Positions 1 to 10,330 of a DNA stretch of 64,000 nt are shown piece by piece; the stretch's first letter is position 1; each line of letters starts with the position of its first letter. Source of the DNA: an uncultured virus (IMG/VR IMGVR_UViG_3300010998_000812) (taxonomy: Duplodnaviria; Heunggongvirae; Uroviricota; Caudoviricetes); the IMG/VR virus record IMGVR_UViG_3300010998_000812, one strand, 5' to 3'. Under the pieces are notes generated by a model. The model was not told the DNA's origin, made no database searches, and worked only from the letters and a program-made list of their open reading frames with translations. The position numbers and the translations under genes are program-made.

Positions 1-840
1 TATCTGCTTATTGAACAAAGCCAGTACGCATTTGAAAATAAAAAAGGCGTTCACGATAACATTTCAGCAGCATTTATGATGCTTTGCAGATATGTAGGGG
101 TAGACTCGTATATAGCTACAGGATCATATAAGACAAAAAGCGGAAAATATAAAGACCATTCTTGGGTAGTGATCCAGTGTGATGATTTAATATTCCAGTT
201 TGACCCCACACTTGAAATCATAAATAAGCTCAACAATCCTAATGCGGAAAATAAATATTTTGCCTTACCGGACGATTATTCCTTATACGAACATCGAAAT
301 ATTATAGATTTTTATTGCTTTGAGCCTTCAAACACCTCAAACGTAAAATCATCTGCCGTGGAATCTGTAAACGAAACGGATGATACATCGGCTGCTTCTG
401 AAAAGCCGTTCCTTAATGTAGGCGGAGGGAGCTTTTCTAACGATGAAAAGATATACGAAACTCTGCTTAATTTAGTCAATCAGGCAAGGGAAGAGGCTGG
501 AGTAAAAAAGCTCTATTATTCTTCAAAGGTTCAAGAAGTTTGTAAGATAAGGACCGATGAAATATCTTACTACTATTCACATACAAGACCTACAGGCTCC
601 CGGTTCTGTACAGCGTACCGAGATGCCAGCATAAAATACAAGAAGAGCGGTGAAAACATTGCATATGGATTGAATATGTTTGATACGCCCGAAGAAGTAT
701 TTCAAGCTTGGATGGACTCTGAAACGCACAAAGAAAACATTCTTAATCCTAACTTTGAATGCTGCGCCTTCGGACTAAGCATTGTAAAGGTCGGTAGTGA
801 TACCTATTATTATTGGACTCAGGAATTCGCGAGCCTTTAA
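1..840 (+). CDS. Transglutaminase-like plus CAP/SCP domain protein, 5'-partial
   Basis: Frame is open from base 1. Shows GVHDNISAAF..HSWV..FDPT (TGase-like, Cys position is His) and C-terminal HTRP..GENIAYG..WMDSETHKENIL (CAP/SCP). Confidence 0.75.
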   Translation, partial: YLLIEQSQYAFENKKGVHDNISAAFMMLCRYVGVDSYIATGSYKTKSGKYKDHSWVVIQCDDLIFQFDPTLEIINKLNNPNAENKYFALPDDYSLYEHRNIIDFYCFEPSNTSNVKSSAVESVNETDDTSAASEKPFLNVGGGSFSNDEKIYETLLNLVNQAREEAGVKKLYYSSKVQEVCKIRTDEISYYYSHTRPTGSRFCTAYRDASIKYKKSGENIAYGLNMFDTPEEVFQAWMDSETHKENILNPNFECCAFGLSIVKVGSDTYYYWTQEFASL

Positions 841-849
841 TCTCATATA

Positions 850-1110
850 TACAAAAGATGCCCCACCTATTAAGATGGGGCTATGTTATTTCATCCTGCT
901 GCATCCAACCTATTACAGAGGATATAATGTATACCCATTTAAACACCATTAGAGCCTCACCTGATGTTATTACCCATCAGACAGAAAGTAGCTACCTCTC
1001 TGTATGGCTCGTATGTTCAGTCCGTTGAAGCCTTAGCGTTCTTCTGGGACTTATACCGGATGCATACTGTCCGGTCGTGTATGCGGCGTCCTTAAGACTA
1101 TTCACACACA
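850..1110 (-). ncRNA. Candidate ~260-nt structured sRNA
   Basis: Minus-strand TTGACA-17-TATATT promoter at ~1153-1125, no credible ORF, hairpins including ACCGGA/TCCGGT, and a terminator hairpin GCCCCA..TGGGGC plus T-run at ~852-882. Confidence 0.45.
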
Positions 1111-1392
1111 TTATCCTATGCTAAATATAGCACATAATTTAATCGATGTCAATACTTTTATTGAAATTTACCAAAAAAATTCTTAAGTATTGCTTTTTAA
1201 TTTTCACTACATTTCAAGAGTTTCATTGTGTTTGAAACTCAAACAACTCGCATATCGATCAGTTCCATTCCCGTGTAGGCGAGTATCGGGGAACAGTTCA
1301 TCTGGAGAACTTTCGTACACACCCTATGAAAATCCCCTGCCAGCAATGACAGGGGAATAGTCTTATTAAGTTCTATCTGTATCAAGGTCTGC

Positions 1393-1644
1393 CTAAGGCT
1401 CTTCTATCAAAGTCTCCTCAATGGCTTTCTCTCTTTCCTCTCGGTCTTCCTTCAGAATGAAGTAGCTTGGGAATATGTCGTCTGTATCACAGTATTCTCT
1501 CACAATACCAAGGAACGACTTGTTATACGCCTGACCGTACAAGGCGGATAGCCTACTGCTCTTATACATCCTGAAACCGGTAAATGCACAGCTGATACCT
1601 AAGTATATAGCAAAGATTATCAAGAGCTTATTCGGATCTCTCAT
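1393..1644 (-). CDS. Small membrane protein, hypothetical
   Basis: N-terminal hydrophobic helix, ATGA overlap with the upstream gene. Confidence 0.6.
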   Translation of the reverse strand: MRDPNKLLIIFAIYLGISCAFTGFRMYKSSRLSALYGQAYNKSFLGIVREYCDTDDIFPSYFILKEDREEREKAIEETLIEEP

Positions 1645-2924
1645 TTTGTGCCTTCTTTCTTATTTTTCTTGTTGTTCTTACCTTTACCAATCCATTTAAG
1701 ATTTTCAGCCTTCCAATTAGTTCTATCTCCGTCAATAAAGCCGACAGATGTACAACCATTAGGATTATCAAGCCAAGCATTCGCCTCAAGGATGTAAACC
1801 TTTTTGTTTGTTATCTTGCCATCTATTTTCAGTTTTACTGTTCCGTCCTCTTTAACTTTGTAAAATTTCCTACCATTATATGTGTTAATGATGCGTCCGT
1901 AGTTCGATACCTCTGCATAAGATTTAGGAATTGGCTTGAATACCTCTCCGGGGAACAGAATGACTTTCTCAGGAACTTTATGCTTGTCAAACGGTTCTCC
2001 TTTAAAGCGCCACACTCTATTTGCTGCTGACATATATTTCCCAATACAAGTACTCTTGATTGAGATAGTGCTTAACCTGTATTTTCGCGCCGCCGCTGTC
2101 ATGCTACTCCAAGTTCCAAGAAATTCTCCGTCCAGAGAATACTCGTCAACCGGTTTACTTCTCTTGATCAAGTTATTTGAATTGGTATGGTCTCGCATTC
2201 CATAAACAAGGTTATTTACATTATTATTCCAAGGATCGCCATCCTTGTGACCAATTATAATATGATGTTTACCGGACTTTCCTTTAGTACTACCATTTGA
2301 AACTTCAGTTCCGTCTGGGAGCGAAGGAACAATCTCAGTCATATTTGCTTTACGGCGAGATATAGGTTTCTCTTTAGGCTTTCCCAAAAACGCAAAAGCC
2401 ACAAGTCGTGCCACAGATACATTTTTGCTTTCACCATATACTCTCAGAGTAACAAATGCTCTCCCATTATTGCTGTATATCTTTAGAGGTTTACAGTCTT
2501 TATACTTTCTGACTCTACCATCAGATGATACCTCATAAGCTGAAGAAATATCCGTTTTTCTCCATTTGCCTATTTTATTCTCCGGAAGCTCGCGAGGATT
2601 GTACCATTCATAATTGGCAAGAGAATAGTCGTTCCAGTTACCATTGATACACCGCAACAAATCATCCTTCTTCTTTTTGAGATATGTACGAGCAATCATC
2701 TCGCTTACCTTGATGGTTTTTGTCTTTTTGATATTACCCTTAGCCTTGCCTTTTTCGGAATACATTCCGATCTTGATAACAACATAGTTCACTTTGTTAA
2801 GTGTTACTACCTTTGCAAGCTTTTTGGTAGACCTCACTCTTACTCTACCATCAAGACTCACTTCATAAGCGTTATAAGACACACAAGGCTTGAACTCTTC
2901 GCTTGAGCTAACTTTTTCTTCCAT
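1641..2924 (-). CDS. Multi-module NUMOD4/HNH/NUMOD1 protein
   Basis: Three YEVS..GR modules, each followed by an HNH-like segment (HKDGDPWNNNVNNL intact, the other two degenerate), plus NUMOD1-like VDEYSLDGEFLGTWSSMTAAAR. Confidence 0.75.
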   Translation of the reverse strand: MEEKVSSSEEFKPCVSYNAYEVSLDGRVRVRSTKKLAKVVTLNKVNYVVIKIGMYSEKGKAKGNIKKTKTIKVSEMIARTYLKKKKDDLLRCINGNWNDYSLANYEWYNPRELPENKIGKWRKTDISSAYEVSSDGRVRKYKDCKPLKIYSNNGRAFVTLRVYGESKNVSVARLVAFAFLGKPKEKPISRRKANMTEIVPSLPDGTEVSNGSTKGKSGKHHIIIGHKDGDPWNNNVNNLVYGMRDHTNSNNLIKRSKPVDEYSLDGEFLGTWSSMTAAARKYRLSTISIKSTCIGKYMSAANRVWRFKGEPFDKHKVPEKVILFPGEVFKPIPKSYAEVSNYGRIINTYNGRKFYKVKEDGTVKLKIDGKITNKKVYILEANAWLDNPNGCTSVGFIDGDRTNWKAENLKWIGKGKNNKKNKKEGTK

Positions 2925-2928
2925 TTTA

Positions 2929-3762
2929 TCATACCTCCTTGTTGATGGTCATACCTTTGTGGCTGAAGATCCATTTATCTCCCGGCTCACATAACACGCA
3001 CATCCTCATTATATCTATTTCAGGAATGTTACTCACTTCTGATGCCTCCGAAATAGTAGGGAATAAGTACCTGCTCTTGTTATCATATATGCCGGTGATC
3101 AGATAATGGCTAAGCGTCTTTATTTTAACGCCTATTTTAGGATAAACATCATTCTCCGGACTAAGAGAACTGAAAACCCAGACATAGCCATGTGCAGAGA
3201 ATGTTTCGCCTTCAGCACACATCAGTATATCCCCGCCGCGATATCCGGTAGCTTCAACTACTTCAGAAATGTTATTCCATTGTCTTACAAATATGCCGTC
3301 CGGGGTGAACTGGCATAAAGGGAATGTAGTAGTATATTCTCTTGAAATTATAGGAGAACGAGAGGCTTCGCTTTTTGATACATATCTGAGATTATCGACA
3401 ACATTATCATCTTTATCTCCATTAATATGTATTACATGAATCCCTTTCCCAAGAGCACCGAAATACTTAGCTACGAGTATATGCGGTCGAACATCCATTC
3501 CGTTGATCCGCAGCCTGCCAGTCTTTTTATAGCTTTTCTGCTCTGTCAGCATTATGCGTTCTCCCGTTGTTTTGTTCTGCCGGAGCATCCTTCCGAATGA
3601 ACTTACGTAAACATTATTCGCGTCAATAAGATTATCCCAAACTTCTTCCTTGGCATATTCCGGGTTCTTACATTCGTGAATGACACGCATACCTATGTCG
3701 CGTTCGAGTTTTTTCCTTTCTTCCAAGAGCTGTTCTAAGTAGCTCTGGCTCGGATAATCCAT
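2929..3762 (-). CDS. NUMOD4-HNH-NUMOD1 endonuclease-like protein
   Basis: YVSSFGR, HILVAKYF..HINGDKDDNVVDNL, QFTPDGIFVRQWNNISE. Confidence 0.75.
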   Translation of the reverse strand: MDYPSQSYLEQLLEERKKLERDIGMRVIHECKNPEYAKEEVWDNLIDANNVYVSSFGRMLRQNKTTGERIMLTEQKSYKKTGRLRINGMDVRPHILVAKYFGALGKGIHVIHINGDKDDNVVDNLRYVSKSEASRSPIISREYTTTFPLCQFTPDGIFVRQWNNISEVVEATGYRGGDILMCAEGETFSAHGYVWVFSSLSPENDVYPKIGVKIKTLSHYLITGIYDNKSRYLFPTISEASEVSNIPEIDIMRMCVLCEPGDKWIFSHKGMTINKEV

Positions 3763-4109
3763 AAAATCACCTCTTTATGTATATAGTATGATTGCCGAAG
3801 CCGAAAAACAAAAATCAGACTCACGCTTAAATATGTTACACCGTCACATTTCAGATATAGTTCCAATTTTGAAAAATTTCCTGCTTCACTTAGGAAAAGA
3901 GAGAAGAAAAAATTAAAGAAATTAAAATCCCCTACATACCCCACGCAATACAAAAACGCCGTCAAACCGCACCGTTAAGCCAAACACTCTAAAACAGCAA
4001 AAGGGTGTTTAAGGTAATGAATGCCGGAAAATCCCATAGATAATACCTTTCAGCAACAAAAAGTATCTCAAAACCCCCAAAGTATTTACTATATACAAAA
4101 CTGAGGGGG

Positions 4110-5155
4110 ATGTAATTTTTCAGACACATAATGTGACATAATCCAGAAACCACCCTCGAAGAAAAGAACTGAAAACACACCCTTTCTTCTTCTGTATTTC
4201 CTAATAAACAAGAGAAAACAATGCGGAAAACATTTCTGTTTGCATATCAGGAAGGAGCGGAGTGACGATATCCCCGGCGCAAACCTAAGAAAAAGACAGG
4301 AAAGCACTGATGAAGGTGTACTGGCGTTCTCTTCCAGAACGAAGTCCGCACCCCTCCAAAACGAAAGCCTACTATATTGCTATGAATAAACCTCCGTTAT
4401 CTCGTAAACTGCTGTCATTAACAGAAGTACACGGGGAGAAACGTCCGAAAGCAGCTCAGTAAGCTCCGTCTAACCGTAATCGGCTGATAAAATCTCGTAC
4501 ATAGCTGTTATCACACGAGAAGCCTACCCCTTACATCATTCGTACACACCCTCTTTTAAACTAAAAAAGAAGAAAAATGGGAGTATATGGGAGTAAAATA
4601 CGAAGATTTGCAAGCTGCACATACCTAAAATCAAGGAAAAACACAAGAAAAGAGATAAGGATAGAGAGGAAAGGGGAAAAATACACCCTGATAGTTCGTA
4701 CACACCTTAAACGGACCTAAAATCCGAACAACAACAGGAGCATCCTGCCGAAATAACCGCTGTGTGGATAAGGCAAGAGACGATAGGGCTTGTCTCGAAT
4801 TTTTTGGAGAAGAAAAATAAAGGGCGGGGTATCGTTTTGAAGGCAGAAAAATGTCTGAAAAATTACATACTGTTCTGGTGTATATAATTCTAAAAGTTAG
4901 ATACCTGTCTGAAAAATTACAGTCCTATCATTCGATTTAGAGTAATTGCTTTGGGGCATAAAATCTTGCAAAAGGTAATATCCGTAGGATTTCAAGATAA
5001 AAATATAACTAAAACCTCTAATTTATCTAATTTTTTGATGCTATTTTTCTAATTTTTTAAAAAATAAGCACTATATTATCGGACACATAAGTCAATGCTG
5101 TTCCTCATGGGTGAATAAATTAAAACCTGAAATCTGAAAAATTACATACTGTCCT
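4110..5155. repeat. TCTGAAAAATTACA(TACTGT) repeats in a 1.6-kb non-coding gap, candidate iterons
   Basis: Direct copies at ~4853, ~4907 and ~5133, an inverted copy at 4110-4125, and an AT-rich stretch at 4990-5070. Confidence 0.6.
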
Positions 5156-5459
5156 TTCATAAATGAGGCTCACTTTCTTGAATAAGAGCGCATAATAGCC
5201 CCTTATGTGTGTCGTTATTCTGCGTAAATATGAGAAATACTGCTATAAAAGGAGCATAAATTGATATAAGTAACGACGATTTTGGTTAGGCAACGAAGCA
5301 TAATGCGTGCCGCGTACACAGACACCTTCTTATATTCAACAGAAATGTGTATAGCAGACAATTTGATAGGATATTTTGTTTTCTGTAGCCAGCAATCATA
5401 CTAATAGTGTGACTTTATTCGGAAGTCACTATCGAAAACCAGTAAAGGAGACTGATATA

Positions 5460-6929
5460 ATGAAGAAAAGGTCAACGGCAGCGGTATTGTTAGCGGCAAT
5501 ATTGCTGGCAAGTGGATGCTCCGAGAATAAGGGGCAGGTAAGTAACGCTGAAACAGAGCTTGCGGCATTGGCAAATAATGCGGGCAAGACTTCGGAAGTA
5601 ACGACGGAGGCTCCTGAGGTCAAAGAAGCTGTGTGGGAGCCGGTAAGTACGCTTGATTTCCTCTCCTCTCTCAAAGAGATATCTGATGTCAAGTCTTATG
5701 ATTTCAGATCAGTAGCGGAAATAAAGAATGAAGAAGATGCCTCTATGACAATGAAGATGGGCGGCACATATGTAGAGAGCGGCGATATGAAGTTCGTGTT
5801 CTCTCTCGAAGGTAAGGGAGAAGACTTCCCTTATGACAAGCCTATGGAGTTCGACTTCATCGTCAAGGATAAGGCTATCTACCTTAATGCTAAGGCAATA
5901 TTCGCCATCTCTATGATGGGTGGGGCTGATGTCAGCTACCTCGACGGCTTATCCAAGGAATATGTAAGGATAGATGCCAGCGATATGAGTGAAGCTACAG
6001 CGTCCTACGGTATTTCCGGCATAGAAGATGTCGATGAAAAGACAATCGAAGAGGCTAAGGTAGTTATCGAGAAGTTCTTCAAGGAGCTCGGCGATAAGTT
6101 CGAGGCAGCTATCAAGGATACCAAGATAGTGAATACGCAGAGGAAAGAGAATGTGTATAAGTTCGACATTGATAAGGAGAATATCAAGAGCCTGCTTGCA
6201 GCGCTTAAGAATGTCCTGTCTAATGACCTCGGCGAGATGATAGCTAATGCTACGGAGACAATTACCGATGAAGAGGTTCGTACACAGATAGACGAGTTCA
6301 TCACATCTTATGACGAGAACGGCAAGACTTCCATCTCTGAAGGCTTCGATGAGATAATCGAGAAGTTCGATGAGCTGGATGTCTTCAAGATTGAGGGACA
6401 GTCTACAATATCCGGCGAGAAGGGTTCTAAGGAATGGGAACTCCTCATCAACTCAAAGGTTGAGTATGATGCACCCGTCTACCAGTACGACGACATATAC
6501 TACAACTCGTATGATGCGTACGGCGACACCGATGCCGATGAGAATGTAAACGACACTGAACGCTCTAATGAAGATATATCAGAAGGTGCTGGCGAAGAGG
6601 GGATGCCCGCAGCAGATATAGCCCCTGAAGTAATCGGGTTCGTTGCTCCTAAGGAAGCTGTTACTGAACCTGAGACAGAGCATAAGGCTATTGATATCGA
6701 CTTCTCGTTCACTGCGAAAGAGATATCCTCGTACACAACTATTGACGCTCCGGAAGCACTCACTATGGAAGAGTTCCAGTCTGAGGTAGAGGCACTCGTT
6801 ACAGCGTACTACGAACAGATATATGCGGAATACTACAGCTCTATCGAGACCGGCGATGAAGGAGAGATCATTCCTTATACCGATGAACCTATGGTCGAAG
6901 ATACTCCTGCCGGCGGCGCGTCTGCTTAA
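5460..6929 (+). CDS. Acidic lipoprotein, hypothetical
   Basis: RBS AAGGAG, signal peptide MKKRSTAAVLLAAILLASGC with lipobox. Confidence 0.75.
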   Translation: MKKRSTAAVLLAAILLASGCSENKGQVSNAETELAALANNAGKTSEVTTEAPEVKEAVWEPVSTLDFLSSLKEISDVKSYDFRSVAEIKNEEDASMTMKMGGTYVESGDMKFVFSLEGKGEDFPYDKPMEFDFIVKDKAIYLNAKAIFAISMMGGADVSYLDGLSKEYVRIDASDMSEATASYGISGIEDVDEKTIEEAKVVIEKFFKELGDKFEAAIKDTKIVNTQRKENVYKFDIDKENIKSLLAALKNVLSNDLGEMIANATETITDEEVRTQIDEFITSYDENGKTSISEGFDEIIEKFDELDVFKIEGQSTISGEKGSKEWELLINSKVEYDAPVYQYDDIYYNSYDAYGDTDADENVNDTERSNEDISEGAGEEGMPAADIAPEVIGFVAPKEAVTEPETEHKAIDIDFSFTAKEISSYTTIDAPEALTMEEFQSEVEALVTAYYEQIYAEYYSSIETGDEGEIIPYTDEPMVEDTPAGGASA

Positions 6930-6950
6930 GAGTACAGGAGGATTTGTACA

Positions 6951-7181
6951 ATGATTGAGTATAAGGTAAAGATCGATACTATTGACGGCGTTAAGAAGTT
7001 CGTTACAGCGGTATCGAAGTTCGCATACGACATCGATTTGATATCCGGCAGATACGCTGTGGACGCTAAGTCGGTAATGGGCATATTCAGTATAGATACC
7101 TCTAAGGTTCTTACGATGGTGGCTCATACCGATGACACATCCGAGCTTGAAGCGGAACTGTCCGATTTCATCATCAACTAA
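6951..7181 (+). CDS. HPr-family phosphocarrier-like protein
   Basis: FV..VSKF.YDIDL.SGRYAVDAKSVMGIFS retains the Ser46 motif, but there is no His15 motif. Confidence 0.8.
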   Translation: MIEYKVKIDTIDGVKKFVTAVSKFAYDIDLISGRYAVDAKSVMGIFSIDTSKVLTMVAHTDDTSELEAELSDFIIN

Positions 7182-7227
7182 TCCGGTGCAGGGAGCTGCA
7201 CACACAACCAACCTTTCTTTTAAATAT

Positions 7228-7262
7228 ACGGGCGGATACCATCGTTGTATCCGTCCTTTTTT
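7228..7262 (+). terminator. Rho-independent terminator
   Basis: GGGCGGATAC..GTATCCGTCC followed by a T-run. Confidence 0.7.
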
Positions 7263-7796
7263 CTATTATTTCTTTTCAAGGCATAAGAAGCTCCCGTGAA
7301 TTTCCAAGAGTTTCCAGAAATTTCCAAAAGTTTTAAAAAGTTGCAACGAGTTGCAAAATGGTAACACCGAGTTGATTACTCTGAGGCGGAGGCTCCCCCA
7401 CACTATGATGTGCTGAACTGTTATTCCGGCATTTTGTTATACACGAGTTCTACATCAGTTCTACATCAGTTGCAGCGCGGGGCGACAGCTCCGCCGCTTA
7501 ATGTTTCGTACACACCTTATCTATACCTTCCAAAAACACCGGGTTTATTATCCTTGTTTTACCCTCATTTTATCCTTACTATTATCATACGGCTGGTGGT
7601 CAGATGGGGCGCACGCCTCGTCCGGATGCCGGAGACATAGCTGCATTCATTCTGGATTATAATCTTTCTTATCGCCCGCAGTTGTCTCAAGCGGATTAGG
7701 GTGTGTACAGCAAAGGGAAAACATATTGACTGCACTCCGGATATATAGTATAATAACAGATAAGAGAAGAATACCTTCAATAGAGAGGAGAGCTTT

Positions 7797-8510
7797 ATGA
7801 AAAAGACTGATATAGGGCAGATCAGAGAGCTGGCAGTTACATTTATGAATATCGATGTTACCTTCAATGAAAAATACCCATTCGTAGTAAAGCATCCGTT
7901 CTTTGATACTGCGGCGGTAATTACTCCTGACGGCAAGCTGATAGATATACACGATAAAGAGAACTTGAAGAAAGTAAGGGAAAAATATATCGAGATCATC
8001 AAGCAGTCGAGTTTCCATCAGATAATAACAATGATATGCTCCCCATATAGATTTACCTTCCTGAAATATGCTAAGCCATACTTAAGTAAAGAGGATTTCG
8101 ATAAGACGCTCGCTGAGTGCTGGATCACCAGTGAGAACCCTAATCAGGACAGTAATGTCCAGATAAGAACATTCATTAGCTGGTTCAAGAAAGCAGATAA
8201 GAAGACAATAATGAACGAAGAGGAGTATGAGTATTATCGTAGGCTTCCTGATATAGTCGATGTATACCGTGGAGTTGCAGTGGGCAGGGCAGAGCAAAAG
8301 GGGTTGTCTTGGACTTGCAAGTATGAGACAGCTGAGTGGTTCTCCCGCCGGTTCGACAATGAAGTTGAGGGTAAGTATGGATACATACTGAAGGGAAGGA
8401 TTAACAAAGAGGATGTATTTGCTTACTTCAACTCAAGAGGAGAAGACGAGGTACTATGCAATTCCTCAAAGGTATATGATATAGAGAGAATTGAAAGAAA
8501 TGCTACCTGA
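7797..8510 (+). CDS. Hypothetical protein
   Basis: RBS GAGGAG, own TTGACT/TATAAT promoter and terminator, YRG..GLSWT..AEWF motif. Confidence 0.7.
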   Translation: MKKTDIGQIRELAVTFMNIDVTFNEKYPFVVKHPFFDTAAVITPDGKLIDIHDKENLKKVREKYIEIIKQSSFHQIITMICSPYRFTFLKYAKPYLSKEDFDKTLAECWITSENPNQDSNVQIRTFISWFKKADKKTIMNEEEYEYYRRLPDIVDVYRGVAVGRAEQKGLSWTCKYETAEWFSRRFDNEVEGKYGYILKGRINKEDVFAYFNSRGEDEVLCNSSKVYDIERIERNAT

Positions 8511-8790
8511 AATTAAATTAAGACTAAAAGAGACCTTGTTCGGTTGAGCAGGGTCTTTTCTTTGTATTTTTGTCCGTACACACCCTATCGAAACAGTTTG
8601 CATAACGTCCTTCTGAGTTGTCGAATAAGACTCTCCAGTTGTCGAACGACCTTCCTCAGTTGACGAATGAGTTGACAAAACAGTTGACGAACCGGAGCCG
8701 CTTAATTCATTTCACATAAAAGAAGACCACCGTGATGATGGCGGTCTTCTTTGTTTGTAGAATATGATATAGCATCGCATACACTTTCTT

Positions 8791-9186
8791 TTACCAATCA
8801 AGCGGCACTTCTATATCTACGTCGGGAAGAGTAACGATGACAAGACAGGTCGTTGTATACCAGCTCTTAGGATAGATCATTGCCTTTAAGCCTTCGGATT
8901 CTGCCCATTCACCTACCTCATCTCTTATAGCGCCAGCATCCTGATAGGGGAGATATACCAAACAACAGGTCTTGTCTTCAGGATTTTTGTAAACTATCCC
9001 GTGGTCTATGTAGGGAACGGCAGTGTATTTGCTGTATCCTTCAGAGGCAAGCGTACCCGTTTCCAGAATACGAGACAAGATCCCTTGGTTGTAATATTGA
9101 CAAGCTCTTGTAAATCCATTTTCTTCAAGAAAAGAGTCGGGAGCTACAAAAGAGAGACCGAGGTCTTTGATTTTGTACCAGCTCAT
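8791..9186 (-). CDS. Hypothetical protein
   Basis: RBS AAGGAAG, 131 aa, downstream of the toxin-antitoxin pair. Confidence 0.65.
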   Translation of the reverse strand: MSWYKIKDLGLSFVAPDSFLEENGFTRACQYYNQGILSRILETGTLASEGYSKYTAVPYIDHGIVYKNPEDKTCCLVYLPYQDAGAIRDEVGEWAESEGLKAMIYPKSWYTTTCLVIVTLPDVDIEVPLDW

Positions 9187-9237
9187 ATTATCACTTCCTT
9201 ATTTTTAGTATATAAGAACATTTTAACCGTTAAAATG

Positions 9238-9516
9238 TTACTTTCCAAACAAATCGGCGTGAGTCCCGGTACCGGTGGCGGTAAGTATTAATACATCGTC
9301 GTGCTTTTGATAAACAAGCAGCCAATCGGGTTCTATATGACATTCTCTGAAGTCTTTAAGATTGCCGGTGAGCTGATGATCGTTATACTTAAGATCCATT
9401 GGTTCGCCCGAAGCAAGCAAGTCAAGAACTGTTACGAGCTTCGACATATCCTTCCCCCGCTTCTTCATAAGCTTGGCATTGCGCTTCATTTCATTTGTAT
9501 ATTCTATTTTGTACAC
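9238..9516 (-). CDS. yafQ: YafQ-family mRNA interferase toxin
   Basis: DHQLTGNLKDFRECHIEPDWLLVY..TGTHADLF, GTG start after AGGAGG. Confidence 0.9.
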   Translation of the reverse strand: MYKIEYTNEMKRNAKLMKKRGKDMSKLVTVLDLLASGEPMDLKYNDHQLTGNLKDFRECHIEPDWLLVYQKHDDVLILTATGTGTHADLFGK

Positions 9517-9526
9517 AATCCGCCTC

Positions 9527-9790
9527 CTATTCCTTAAGCATAGAAGCAACAGCATCTTCTGCTGTATTATACGGACCGTGCAGATTAACTCTGTTCCTGC
9601 TATCATAGATGGCTTCCCGCATACCTTCCGGCATAGTTCTATGCTTCACTTCGAAAGGCAATCCGTGATTTTCGATAGCTGCGGTCAGAAATATACGTAC
9701 AGCGGTTGATGTGTCAAATCCCAAGCTTGTAAAAAGAGTATCTGCCTGTTCCTTGAGTTCATCTGTAAGCCTTACCTGTAAATTAGCCAT
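9527..9790 (-). CDS. dinJ: RelB/DinJ-family antitoxin
   Basis: LQVRLTDELKEQADTLFTSLGFDTSTAVRIFL..GLPF, directly upstream of yafQ. Confidence 0.85.
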   Translation of the reverse strand: MANLQVRLTDELKEQADTLFTSLGFDTSTAVRIFLTAAIENHGLPFEVKHRTMPEGMREAIYDSRNRVNLHGPYNTAEDAVASMLKE

Positions 9791-9920
9791 AATAACCCTC
9801 CTATAATATTTGCTTGATATTATTATAGCACAAAAATAATGAAATGTCAATACAAATTAATGCGAAAATAATGAAAACGAACATATAAATCATAGCTTTG
9901 TGGGCAGATATAAGTCGAAA

Positions 9921-10196
9921 TCAATAAAGATACCATACAAGAGCTTCGGGATTGGATACGCAGCATCTCCTGTTAGCTATGTCTTTTATTAGTTCTCCGG
10001 CGAACAGCATCCTTTTAGTAAAACCGTTGTCGATTGTACATATCATAGATAATGTATATTGCCCCCATCTGATGTTGTCAGGAAGGTATATGTGCCATAT
10101 ATTCTCGCGGGATGTATCATCATGTCTGACATAAGACCTGTAGTTAATGTCCAAAAGCTCAGAGAATGGGATATGTATGAATTCAATACAAGTCAT
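9921..10196 (-). CDS. Hypothetical protein
   Basis: RBS GAGGAG before MTCIE. Confidence 0.45.
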   Translation of the reverse strand: MTCIEFIHIPFSELLDINYRSYVRHDDTSRENIWHIYLPDNIRWGQYTLSMICTIDNGFTKRMLFAGELIKDIANRRCCVSNPEALVWYLY

Positions 10197-10330
10197 ATCA
10201 GCTCCTCTCTCGTACATACCTTATTTTAATGTACCTTCCGAAAATAAAGCCTTAATGGTATCCAACTCTAAGCTGGATGGCGCAACATTCAATGCTTTAC
10301 GCACCCCTAACTGCTTTCCTACATAAATTT

